DNA from: Yuukianura sp. NJ FZ-2021
Lineage: Eukaryota
DNA: 64,000 bases
Direction of reading: 5' to 3'
Assembly: GCA_046563655.1 (NCBI GenBank)
Contig: CM102287.1
Coordinates: 4,216,001 to 4,280,000 of the forward strand
Position 1 is the stretch's first letter. The number at the start of each line of letters is the position of its first letter. Positions 41,109 through 62,200 of the stretch are shown piece by piece. A program made the position numbers and the translations under genes. The notes beneath the pieces are model-generated. The model made no database searches and had not been told where the DNA came from. It saw nothing but the letters and a program-made list of their open reading frames with translations.

Positions 41109-42522
41109 ATGAAATCGTTCAAGCAAAACTTGATTTTGCTTTGCATCTTTGCGGCTCTCACCATTCACAAGGCTGTTGGTAAGTACTGAAATTTTTCAAC
41201 AATATTCAGTAAGGGTGTTCATATTAAATTTAAAAACCCAAGCATTTGACGTTGAGATACATCGATTTTCCGACATTTCAATTCCTTTGGAAATTTTAGA
41301 TGTCAATACAAATATGACTTGCCTCCAAAATTTTACCTATTGTAGTATTATCTTATTATCAGGGCTGCAAGAAATATTTTCTTAAATATTAAATATTTTT
41401 ATATTTAAAAAAATATTCCGATATTTTAAAAAATATAAGTATTTTTCTAAATTTTTGGCTGTTTTTGAAAAATAATAAATAATTTTTGTAAATATTTCGC
41501 CATTTCAGTGTTTTTCAAACCAAAATTTAGGTATATTGGTGATATTTTTCGCCCAAGGTTAACAATTTTTTCTCTTTCAACCGATCAAGAAACGCCAAAG
41601 GCATCTTTGAACAAATTCGACATCCTGTTAACTTTTAAGCTAAGCAAGAAAATATAGTACAGGTACAGAAATACTCAAAATCCCAGTTGCGCTAAAAGTA
41701 TCACCTATATTCTAACCGAATTTACGTGGTTTCAAGACAAAATTTTGTAAATATTGACTTTGTTAGTAAAATTTTCTTAAATATAGTGCCGTTTTTTAGT
41801 AGATATTTCAATAAATATTTTGGGTTTTTTTTAGTAAATATTTTTTCCAGCCCTGCTTATTATAACCTAAAGGAATTGATTTTGTGTATTTTATAGGTCA
41901 GTATCCTGACTTACAATGCTACAGTTGCCAGAGCTTCCCCACTGACTTGACGTGTCTCAATGACCCTACGTTGGTCACTGGTCAAAATATTGTTGCTTGT
42001 CCAGACGGTTGGTGTACCATAAGGAGACAAGAAGCAATTGAAACTCCGGGTAAATGAAACTTAACTTTTTTGAAACCCAAAACATTTTGAAAAAGAAATT
42101 TTTGAAGTTGACCTTTGACATTTCAGGTGAAATTTTGTCGTTTCTCCGCGGATGTGAAAAGACGGAACCAATGTTTCTGGATGAAATTGTAGTTGATGCT
42201 CATCAAGTCAATTTTTTCCGTAGTTGTCGACGAAATCTTTGCAATGTTGGGGATGGTGTAGACTGTAAGTCTCGGTTTTAAAATTTTGGAAATTTCGAAA
42301 TTTCATTTTGAAATTTTGTATTTTGAAGCATTTGGTGGACCTGGCGGCAGTGGACCGGAGGGCACTGGACCACATATTGTTAACCTTGACTGTGACTATT
42401 TGCCTGAAGAAAAAGATTCTTCTGTTGTAGTTCCCGAATATTGTTTGAGTGCTGCTACATCTTCTGTCACTCCAACAATTTTCTTCTTGCTTTTACCACT
42501 TTCACTTTACAACATTTTGTAG
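41109..42522 (+). CDS. Ly6/three-finger (quiver/sleepless-like) protein, probably GPI-anchored, copy B
   Basis: Exons 41109-41178, 41897-42049, 42127-42264 and 42329-42522. Signal peptide, then CYSC..C..CPDGWCTIRRQE..RGC..RSCRRNLCN, then the tail IFFLLLPLSLYNIL. Intron phases match copy A. Confidence 0.85.
41360..41855. mobile_element. Non-autonomous hAT-type element (MITE) in intron 1 of Ly6 copy B
   Basis: TIRs CAGGGCTGCAAGAAATATTT and AAATATTTTTTCCAGCCCTG; 8-bp TSD CTTATTAT (41352-41359, 41856-41863); AAATATT subterminal repeats. Confidence 0.9.
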
Positions 42523-42654
42523 AAAGTTTATGTAATTAAAAGTACTAGAATTTGATTTTTCACAATAAATATAATCTTCATAAATCAAAGGTTCGTAGGT
42601 GTTTTTTTTAATGCCGTCATTGCTAACTCTCCTTAGCATTGTTAGCCATGCTTC

Positions 42655-42899
42655 GGTTGGGGTAAGCTTTAACGACCGTCATTGTAGCCGCACAGTGTAG
42701 CCGCTCCGCCATTTTTCGTGGCTACAATGGGTGGCTACACTGTGTGGCAACTTATGTTGCCACTTTAGGTTAGGTTACGTTAGGTTAAAGTGGCTACTTA
42801 AGTTGCCGCTCAGGTGTAGCCACCTATTGTAGCCACAAAAAATGGCGGAGCGGCTACACTGTGCGGGTACAATGACGGTCGCTAATCCTTACCTCGACC
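42655..42899. mobile_element. Mutator-like foldback MITE
   Basis: Inverted arms of about 110 bp (GGTTGGGGTAAGCTTTAACGACCGTCATTGTAGCCGCACAGTGTAGCCGCTCCGCCATTTTT... mirrored at the right end) surround a TAGGTTAGGTT core. 9-bp TSD CCATGCTTC (42646-42654, 42900-42908). Confidence 0.93.
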
Positions 42900-43065
42900 C
42901 CATGCTTCAGAAGGATTTATTTTCCAGAATTCGCCTTATAAATTCTAAGTTCTGCCAAATTTTTCAAAATCAGGCGGCTTTCCCTCCCAGAACCGTTGCA
43001 AAATTTGAAGTTTGGTAGCATGTTTCTGTCCCAACCAGTGTACTAATGCATGTCAGGAGGATGGT

Positions 43066-43201
43066 CCTTGACTGTTACTATTTGCCTGAAGAAGATTCTG
43101 CTATTGTTGTTCCGGAACATTGTTTGACTGCTGCCAAAACTCCCGCCACTCCCGCAATTTTCTTCTTGGTTTTCCGACTTTCACTTTCCAAAATTTTCTA
43201 G
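43066..43201 (+). pseudogene. Duplicated fragment of the last exon of Ly6 copy B
   Basis: Reads LDCYYLPEEDSAIVVPEHCLTAAKTPATPAIFFLVFRLSLSKIF*, versus LDCDYLPEEKDSSVVVPEYCLSAATSSVTPTIFFLLLPLSLYNIL* at 42384-42522. The 5' part of the exon is missing. Confidence 0.85.
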
Positions 43202-43390
43202 CAAGGTTGCTACGATCTCATTACAAATTTTTTCTAAATAAAAAACAGCTTTACTTGGTTTTACTGCATTTCCCTCTTTTTTTTAAGTTTTTGCTAAGTT
43301 TTTCAAATGAAAACGCTTTCCCTCCCAGAAGCGTTGGGAAATTCAGGCTCAAGTGGTATACTTGTATCATGTCCGTAACACCAATGCACA

Positions 43391-43474
43391 GTCAGGATGG
43401 TCGAGTGGTCTAAGACGATAGATTTAAGCTCTATTTCACAATCGTGAGCGTGGGTTCGAACCCCACTCCTGACA
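43391..43474 (+). tRNA. tRNA-Leu (anticodon TAA)
   Basis: Acceptor stem GTCAGGA/TCCTGAC plus discriminator A; D-arm GGTCGAGTGGTCTAAGAC; anticodon arm ATAGA-TTTAAGC-TCTAT; long variable arm TCAC-AATC-GTGA; T-arm GTGGG-TTCGAAC-CCCAC; T-run terminator just downstream. Confidence 0.96.
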
Positions 43475-46443
43475 ATTTATTTTTGCAATCTTTTTTTGCA
43501 AAAAAAGACGGGCCTGGTTGGGTTTAGTTTTGAGGAAAACACGGAAAAATCGAATTAAACATGTTAAAAATTATGTGAAAATTAATAAGTTGTTAAGGTG
43601 TATGTTGTAGATTTTTAAGCCGCGAGTTCGAATTCCGCTTTCCTCGAAAATGCTGCTGCTACATGTAGTGGACACAGGAATGAAATTCCAGATTACTTCA
43701 ACCCATTTTCCAAATCACAATTTTTGCACAACGTCGTCGCCGCAGATTTAATTTCTGGGTGCTTTTTTTTTTAAAACTTACTCTCATAGTTTGGTACTCA
43801 CTGCCAACTGCCGATTTGAAAGTGTTTCATTTTCAAAATTTTGAGATTCGTTTAAAAATTTATAACATTTTGAATTTTTGAAGCAGAATTGAATTGCGTG
43901 AATTTGATTAATTGGCGGTGGACGTTGGTTTGGTAGTAAATTGGCGGAGGTAAGGGAGGATGAGATTTTTTTTCAATTGTTGTCTGAAGCCTGTAGGATT
44001 GGACAAGGCTACGGGAGTTCATTCACTTCATCTTCCCAAGACACTCACCCCCATCATCCCATCTTAACATAACAACACACTCATCCATCACTTGAGTTAA
44101 TCACAATTAAAACTTAATACAACCCCAATTAAGTAAATTAAACATTTAATTCAATTCAATTCTATTCTATTCCATTCAACTGCAACCCATCGCCAAAATT
44201 TCATCACCGATTTTACTTCCTCTTTTTCACCGGCGAGAATATACCGCGTCAATGTCAATGTCAATGTCAAAAGGTCATCAAGGTCACAGCCTCCAAGGTT
44301 TCGCTTCCAAAAGTTACACCAAGCACACCAAAAGTCAACTTTTTGAAATTTTATAAAATTTCAAAATCAGTAAACTTGATTTCATCGTTTTTTTTTTCCT
44401 AATCTAATCCAAAACTGAAAACTGCATCAGCAAAAATTTTGTTCTTCCTGTTTTAGTACGTTGGTCAGCGTCCTGGCCCAGTTTTGCATTTTGAAAATTT
44501 CCAAATAAAGTTAGGTTTTTCCAAAATTTGAAATTTTGAAAAACGTAAAGTAGTGCAGTCCTACCTAGCAAGTGCGAGGTCGTCTGAATGCAAATTGACA
44601 TTGTAAGTGAAGGGGGTTGTTGATTGTTGCCGGAGGAGAAGGTAAGAAACCAGGGGAAAGGTAAGGAAGAGAACAATAGAAGTTTCTTACCTCCTCAACT
44701 TACCTGCTCAAACTTCAAACACTTCTGGTACACTCCACCAACCATCAACATCAACATCAGTCTGCATAAAAACACCGAAAAAAGTAGTGTCAAAGTTCAC
44801 ACCTTTAAAAATTTAAAAATTACAACTTAACTTTAATTTCATCTTTGAACTGGAGCTGGAGAAAGTTCAAGTCCAGGAAAAGTGAAAGCGACGCTCAAGT
44901 GAAAACTGTCTAAACTCAAAACTTTTTTTTTCTGGAAATCTTTGAACTAATTTTTGGGTAAGTAATTTTTGGAATTCTTAATTTTTGAGTTTCGAAATTT
45001 TGAAACTGGTTAATACCGGGATAGTGCTGGGGTTCAAAGACCCGGAGAGCTGAAGATGTTTGGATTCCCTTCCTGTTAGTCGGCTTTTTTTGGTCGAAGA
45101 TGCTCAAAGGGTTGAGAAATGTTGTTTCACCTTTGGAAAATGTTCGTTCCAAACCTGTTGTTTACTTGGACGGACACAGGACAGGTCTAACGGAACTTTG
45201 AGAGAGATGTACTAGGCATAGAAACACTTTGGACACGAAATTCAACTAAAACAATACTAACATCAATCATCATCCATATAAACTGCATGACAGATTCACA
45301 TTTGCAGGAGATCAGAACAAAGTTGGACGCTAGGTCAGAATTTCTGGACGAAGAAGAAACTTTCTTCCAAAAATTCGGAAATTGACTAAAAGTTTACTAG
45401 TTGAATTGTGAAATTTTTTATATACGAATTACGATTGAGCAAGAAATTTCAGAAACGATTGCAGGAGTTGCACGGTGGTAAAATTTTTTACTATTTGAGT
45501 CATCGATTCGTCCGGAATTTTGCAGTTCCATTTGGCACCAGGGTTGGGCATTCTGAAAATTACAAAATCTGACAGTTTTAATTTAAAATTTTGAAGCTGA
45601 AAATTTTAAGTTTTTAGTTTTTACAACTAAACTGCATATAAAAAGTAACTGTTTTGTTGGTTTTGTGTTTGGATTGTCAAATTCAAGGTCTAGGTCAATA
45701 AAATTTATGAACAGGAACAACGGAATGTTTTTTTTATTTTATTGACCTTTAGAAAAAACTGGACACAAAGTTTAAAACGGTGAAGATTTATTGACCTTTG
45801 ACCTTTAAAAAAACAGAAAAGCCTTTTACAACAGTTTGTAAAAGTGAGAAAGTTTTATAGGAATGAGGAACTGGACTTTTTGTGTAACCTGCAAAGTGTA
45901 ATGGCTTAAGATGGTTTTAAGCTAAGATGATAAAGCAGGTAGACTAATTAAGAAGATGAACAAGGTGTGAATGGCCCCTCAAAAGTAAAAGTGACCAAGA
46001 TGAAACCGGAACGGAAAAAATCACAAAGATTCTTGCTCCTTTCATTATCATTTTTTACAGTCATTTCCTCATTCACTTTAAATTACTGCCACCACTTAAT
46101 TTACACTGTTGTGCTTTTATAAAAGTAAAAGCAAATTAAAAAAAAACAAACATTTTTTTTGTTTTGAAATTCGTGAAAACGAAATTCGAAATTTAGTGCA
46201 GCGTTTGAAACAATTTAAATCATTTTCATGACATTTCCGTCATTACAACTTAAAAATTAAATAAAATTTCGTAGAAAATATTATTTTTTTTTTGACCGGG
46301 GTTTTGCCTTTGAAAATCAATTTTTTAAGACTCAATTTTTCATAATTTGAATTAATTTTTTCATTTCAGAGACTGATGAAGCTTTGACCAAGGTTTGGAT
46401 TTTTTAACAAATTTTGGAGATTGGGTTTCTTGCGACAAGAAAA

Positions 46444-55826
<9,383 letters not shown>

Positions 55827-56528
55827 AAACAATTGACCAAAATTCAAAATTTGCCCCCTTCTTCAACGCTCAACACTGTGATGAACCAAAGGTCAAAGGT
55901 TAAGCGATACGACGATACGAAAGTGACGAACGTCAAAATGACTTTAATTTATTCGTAGCCTAACAAAAACGAAAACTAACGTTTCAGTGCCAATTTTGAC
56001 TAAAAAGAGAAACAAGTTTTAGAGTAGAGCTACCGATTTTCAAAATATTCGTCTAAAAAGTTAGTTTTAGTATAAAAAATTAATTTAACTTATTTTAAAT
56101 GTAATTAGGGGGAGAGATTGTTAAATTAATGCGGTTTTGGGATGGCGAGGGTCAAAGGTCATCTCTCCCTAGTTTGGTGCTCAAGATTCTTAACCCCTCT
56201 CCCAAATCTACTTAAGTAGACATTAATTTTTATAACTTTATAACTATTATAATACTTTACACATAATTTAATAGTCAATTTAATTAAATTAACATTTATA
56301 ATGATTAATTTATTAAAGTAAAACTGTGGACAACAGAACAGGAGTGAAAGTTTTTTAAATAAACAGTTTTTACACAAAAATGAAACTTCCTGATTTTTTC
56401 TCGCAAGTGTAAAATATTTTTGTTAGCATGAATTCATTAGCACTTTCAAAATTGATTATTCTCAAATAATTATTATATATAAATAAATAACTATTTATAT
56501 TGTATTTATATTGGACCTTAATCACAAG

Positions 56529-57482
56529 ATGTCGGCCGACACGGTTTCAGCGATTGCAAAGCGATTCAAGAAGCAGCGTTTGGCTTTTGAAGAATTTGAA
56601 CAAGCCGCGAAAGTGAGGCACTTGCAGCGATCGGCTCAACTGTCGCATGTATTGATGCAAAAGGAAGCACAAATCCAGCGCAAGAAGCAGTATCTCAAGA
56701 GCTGCGTTGACCAAGCCAAACTTGCAGCGCTTTTTCCGCCTGCAAAATCAGCCTACTTTTTGAAAAAACTCATGTCCGCTAGAGCTCAAAATTCAAACCA
56801 AAGCAATACCACCGATACCGAACGCGGAGCACGACTTCCTGCAGAGCCAATCACAAACCGCCGTTCTTCTGTCCAGCCAATCACAGCTCGAGAGTCTGTC
56901 AAGCCAATCATAGCCCGTGAAAAGCTTCCCACAATTCTGGAACGCAAAGCACAAGACACCGATGAAGTTTTGACTCAAGGTCGGAAGTTGCTCGGAATCG
57001 GCTCAAAAGCGGAACTGAAAAATTTCAAATTTGAACCGTCGGGACCATTCCCACAAAATTTTGAATCAACTTCCAAAAAGAAGTTTTCCATGGAATCATT
57101 TCCTTTAGGAGCAATTCGGAAGCCAATTCGACTTTGGCCGGTACAGAATCAGAGCATGACCTTTGACCTCCAGGGAAGAAACGGAACCAGTTCGAGTCAA
57201 ACTGTCGGTAGACCAGTTACATCAAAAAATTCCAAGAAACAAGTACTCATGCGTAACTTTTTGACTGATCTGCTTGCTCCTGCTCCTCCTGCTGACTCCG
57301 CCTTCTCTCAGCGTCTAAACTTGGCCTCTTCAGGGTCAATGACCTTTGCAAGAAACCAGGTCAAAGGTCAAGAAACAGACGATTACTTTACTCCAGACAA
57401 AACAATCATGGATGCCATGGGCGGAAAAATGCTCAAACCATTCTCGTTTCTGCGTGGTAGTGGTGATGTCACTGCAGGCTGA
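56529..57482 (+). CDS. Uncharacterised basic protein, intronless ORF of about 317 aa
   Basis: Long ORF with GC content above the flanks, first ATG at 56529, helical N-terminal part, and AATAAA about 100 bp after the stop. No domain recognised. Confidence 0.65.
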   Translation: MSADTVSAIAKRFKKQRLAFEEFEQAAKVRHLQRSAQLSHVLMQKEAQIQRKKQYLKSCVDQAKLAALFPPAKSAYFLKKLMSARAQNSNQSNTTDTERGARLPAEPITNRRSSVQPITARESVKPIIAREKLPTILERKAQDTDEVLTQGRKLLGIGSKAELKNFKFEPSGPFPQNFESTSKKKFSMESFPLGAIRKPIRLWPVQNQSMTFDLQGRNGTSSSQTVGRPVTSKNSKKQVLMRNFLTDLLAPAPPADSAFSQRLNLASSGSMTFARNQVKGQETDDYFTPDKTIMDAMGGKMLKPFSFLRGSGDVTAG

Positions 57483-59297
57483 CTCAAAGGCCAGAGGTCA
57501 ACGCATTTTGAAATTTCGAAAAGTACAAAAATTTCCTAAATTGTTGATTTTTTAAATTCAAATTTCTTTTCTACAAAAACTAAATAAATTTTTAATTTTC
57601 TTTTTAGTAAAATCTGTTTTTACTCTACTATAGAGATAATTCATACGAGTTTGTCTGTCTGTCTGTCCATATTTTTAAAAATTGAGCTGTACCATACCAT
57701 AACATTCAATTCTTAAACGAATTACGACACGGTTTTCAATTATCATGCAGTGATTTACGAACGTGTTAAAAATGAGTTCTTCACTTATGAATCTCATCTT
57801 CTCTCAGAAGATCGATCCACCTTACACTTCATCTCTGTGCAAAAACCAGAAAGTTCTCTGTGGACGAGGCCTAGTGACCTCAATTCTAAAACCAAATTCA
57901 AACAAAATGCTAAGGGCAAAACTTAACAAAAAAAAACACACACAGTTTACTATAACTTACTTAATTAATACATTTAAATATACTGTGTTATATTAAAATA
58001 AGACAAAAATAAAACAGTCAAGCCAAATCAAAAGTGCCGTTTCGTAAGATGATCTATCTTTTGGACGAAGTTAGAATAAGAAAGCAAGCACGGAAAAGTT
58101 TAGGCAGCACTGAACTCTGGTATACTTTGAAAATTGAAAAATGAAATTTTGAAGTTTTTTTTTGAAAAATGGAAAATCGTGAGTTTTGTAGGTAGGGATG
58201 AAGATGATGATGAGTTTAAGTGGTGTGTGGATCTTGTTCCCTCATTCATTTTTGGTTTGTTCTTGAAACCAAAGTGAAAAGTTGTCTTCAGTTCAGGTCA
58301 TTCCTCTTCCCAAACAACTTCCTTACCCAACACTACTCTCCGCTACACCTTAACTACAAGGAATTCAACAACATTTTGAAAAAAAAAATCAGTTTTTTGA
58401 AATTTTAGAACAGAACAAACTAGTTTTAAAGTGGAAGAAGAAATGGAACAATCTCGGGACGAGTTGGATGGCGTTAAAATTTAACGTAGGCCTCGGACAA
58501 AATAGTTTTTAAAAGACAAGTATTTTTTAGTTTAAAAATTTTTTAGAGTTTAAAAATTAGAGAAGCGAATTTTAAAAGTAGCGCAGAAAGTGGAATGCTT
58601 AAATGAAGATTGACGGCGGATATTTTGGTTCAAAATTTTGTGAAAAGTGGAATGATGAAGAAATTTTGGAAATCTGTTCAGCAGCAGTAAGCAGTAGGAG
58701 GATTTCCTCATGCAGTTCCAAGAGGTAATAAAAATTTCGAAATTTGAGATTTCGAAATTTTGAAATTTTCATACAAAGACAAAAATGCTCTTTATCTTCA
58801 AACTCCGAAAAGCCAGTATTTCATGACACCAATCTGAGCATTGTAAATGAAACACAATCACGAAAAATATTTTTCTGATGTGGGCGTTAATTTCCTCAAG
58901 TTATAAAATTTCACAAAAACAACAACGCAAACTAAAAATTTTGAGAAAAATCCGAACTTTCGTTTTGTAGAAACTCGATTATCACTTCGATTACTCTGAT
59001 TAGTACTCATTCAGTTTAAAGAATCAGATACTGAAAGTCAAAAATCATATTTTATTTCACAACAAATCAAAATCAGGAATTTCAATTCTTGCTTATCCGC
59101 GAATTACTTGAGTAATCGTTTCGATTACTCCGATTACTCTTGTTTTTAATAAACCTAAGATACAAAATCAGGCATAAAATTTAGATAAACATTGAAAAAT
59201 GTTAGTTTTTATTTGTGATTGTTTTCTAATTACTTGAGAAATAGTTTGGATTACTTCGATTACTGAAACACTTTCTTATAATTTTGTAGGGAGAGTC

Positions 59298-62200
59298 ATG
59301 ACTCGAAGTTATTTTTGTTGGCCTAGGAAAAGACACGACCGAGCAGCAGGCACAGCAGCGGTACTTGTCCTCATTTCTTCCCTACTTTCTGCTCAAGGAT
59401 TTTATGACGGTAATTTCCTCATTCTCTCTTCACTTACTACACAGATCAAAAATCTTTACATCGTTTTCAAAATTTTGAAAAGTTGCGGAAGTCCATGGTG
59501 ATTCTAAAAATAAACTGCTTTCAATTCCACCCCGCCCCTCTTTTTTCCAAGGGGCGGTCAACTGTCAATTGACCTCAATTCTCCCTTAGGAACACTTTTG
59601 GTTTCCGTCATTCCCCAATTCAGAATTTTACACTTGAATCTCACATTCCAAAATTTCAAGTCACTTTTTGGAAATCAGGTGAATCACTTTCGTCTCAATT
59701 CAAAGTACATCATGAATTTTAGAAAATCAAAAATTAAAGTCAGTATAGTCACTCTCGTGCAAAATGAAGTGAATCATAAACCGTGTCTCAAAAAATCAAA
59801 GTCTCAAGAGGATGAAAATGTTTAACTTTTTGTACAAAGTATGTCACACTTTTAAAACCATGTATGTTTCTGCATACAAAATTTCCCTGAACATCTCACA
59901 CTCTTGTCGCTTTTGAGGACACTAACCTACAATCTAATATGCATCTTTAACATTGTTTCCATTGTTCAACAGTTGCACGATTGCACCAACGTTACAAAGT
60001 CAAAATCATCTACGTTGCACCGCTGTGCCAAAATGATTCACGAAAATCAAAAAATCAAATCAAAAATTCTGAAAATCACGGTTGCACAGCTACACAAAAA
60101 TCATTTTTTGAAAAAACATCAAAATTGTATTTTTTTAAAAGCAAAATGATTCAAGAGCGTCACGCCTTCGCCTGTCAGACGTCAAAATTTGAAGGTTTTG
60201 CAGAAAACATGGAAGGTTAAGGTGAAGGTCAACTTTAGGTTAGTCATTCACCGTGGCATTGACCGTGACCTTCAGGATTTGTTAAGAACTAAGGTCACTT
60301 TGATCTTTGAATGTGAATGTGAAGGCCCTTGCAGTTCCTTGGCTTCTTTTGAAGGGACTTGAAGCATAGAATGTTGTGCCCTTATTACCTCATCCTGCAG
60401 GAAAAATGAAAAAAAACTTCAAAGTCGTTTCCTGTGGCTGATTTCTTTCCTTATTCAGAAAACCAACCTCGTTATGTCTTCATTTCGGTCATTTCCTTCC
60501 AAACTGTAATTTTTCAACAGCAGCAGGAGGTGCAATGAATTTTGTAAAGGAAAAATCGAAACCGAAGAAAATTTAAGAGGAAATGCTCCAGGGGGAAGAA
60601 CATTAAGTGGGCTTAAGTGAGCTTCAGGCATCTCCCGTACCATTAAAAGTTGATAAGAGACCTGTTTTCCCCTTAACTTTTGAAAAAATTCGAAATTTTT
60701 AAATCGTTTTTTGAAGTTTTTTTGTAATCTTTGGTATTTGGTTAGAGAGTTTTAAAATCTTTGACCCAATTCTGGTGAAGATTTTTGCGTCTGAAAAGTG
60801 AGCGGAGCGAGACCAAGATTCATAAGGATCTTTTCTTGACAGGAATTTTTTTAAGTGTGAAAAAATTGCGAATTGGAATCAGTGCAGGACGGCAGAGGAA
60901 GATCAGTTTTGATAAATTTTGAATTTGACTGTTCGGATGAACAAGATTGTGAAAAACTTTTCCGTTTTGAGCATGTGAAGTTGCATGACAAAAGTCCATT
61001 GTCTTGGGAATCAGCAAAAGGAAAAAGGAATCTGCAAAGGAAGACTATGTGTTGTGTGCATAGAGCCGTGGAGGATGATGCACTTTGCAAAAACACCGTT
61101 AAATCCACACTAACTGACTCAAACAAAGTCATCTTCAACAGTTTCCACACTTATTTGAACACAAAACGAAAATTTATGGTCACAGTGGCACCACAAGCAT
61201 CAGTTTTGCAAAATTTTGACCCACATTTCAGTTTTTCCATGGTCGCAAAGTATTTCGTATTCAAAATTTTGGTGAAAACGGAAGAAACATTTTAGTGCAA
61301 TTTTTTTTCTATTTTGAGGTAATAAAATCCGTAACCTTCAAAATTGTTTGTAAAATTTCACAAATTCTGGATTTCAGAACGTGAAGCTTTTTTTTCTACA
61401 AATGAGTGTGAAATTTTTTTATTTTTGAACTTCCAGTTCAATATGATTTGGAATTTATTATGAAAACAAAATTCTTGGTTTTACATGAAAAATTCGCAGA
61501 CATGCGTCGAGTTTTAGTTAAACTCGGTTTTTACCAGTGATTTCAGGATTTTAATCTAGATTGATTAGGATTCCATATGAAATTGATGACGCCATGAGAG
61601 ATGAAGTTGAATTTTATTATTGGAAAGCTTCAATACGCCTAAAGTTGTTTGAAGGCCACATGATCTTACGTCTCTTTTTTCCACTTTTTTAATGGATTTG
61701 CGTAATATACCGTGCAAATTGGAAATTCTATTGAGGGATTTGAGCTTTTTTTTTTTCATTTCATTGTGCAAAAAATATTTGCACACAAAGAACTTTTTAT
61801 ACTAAAGTCATCACTCTCAGGTCAGTCATCTCCTGCCTCCGGTTGTTAATACAACTCCAAATAGAGAGTCCAGAAAACACTTACGTTTTAATTGATTTCA
61901 CTTTTTTTGAAAAGTGAAACTCAAAATTTTGAATTCATTCAAAAAATTCTGAGAACATAAAACCACTTCATGGTTTGATTCAAAAAATTATGAAAATGTA
62001 AGAACACTTTTAAGAGGTTGACCTAACCTTGTGTGTTACAAAGAAAGTAAAAAAGTTGCTGCTGAAATTTCTTAGACTTTAGAGAAATTTTATTGAGAAA
62101 AAGAATCAGTGGGATTTTGATTTTTTCAGAATTTTTTTAAATCTAATTTTGTTTTGTTTTTGTTTTTTTGCTTTTTAGTAACTTCGAGACGCTTGGAAAT

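Noticed and set aside
57624..57875. Possible Helitron-type remnant (TCTACTAT start, GTCT microsatellite, CTAG end)
   Set aside because: No subterminal GC hairpin is visible and there is no second copy in the window, so it is too weak to call.
60851..61295. Overlapping 140-aa (+) and 99-aa (-) ORFs in the first intron of the second protease
   Set aside because: Both have non-ATG starts, no recognisable domain and no convincing splice context.
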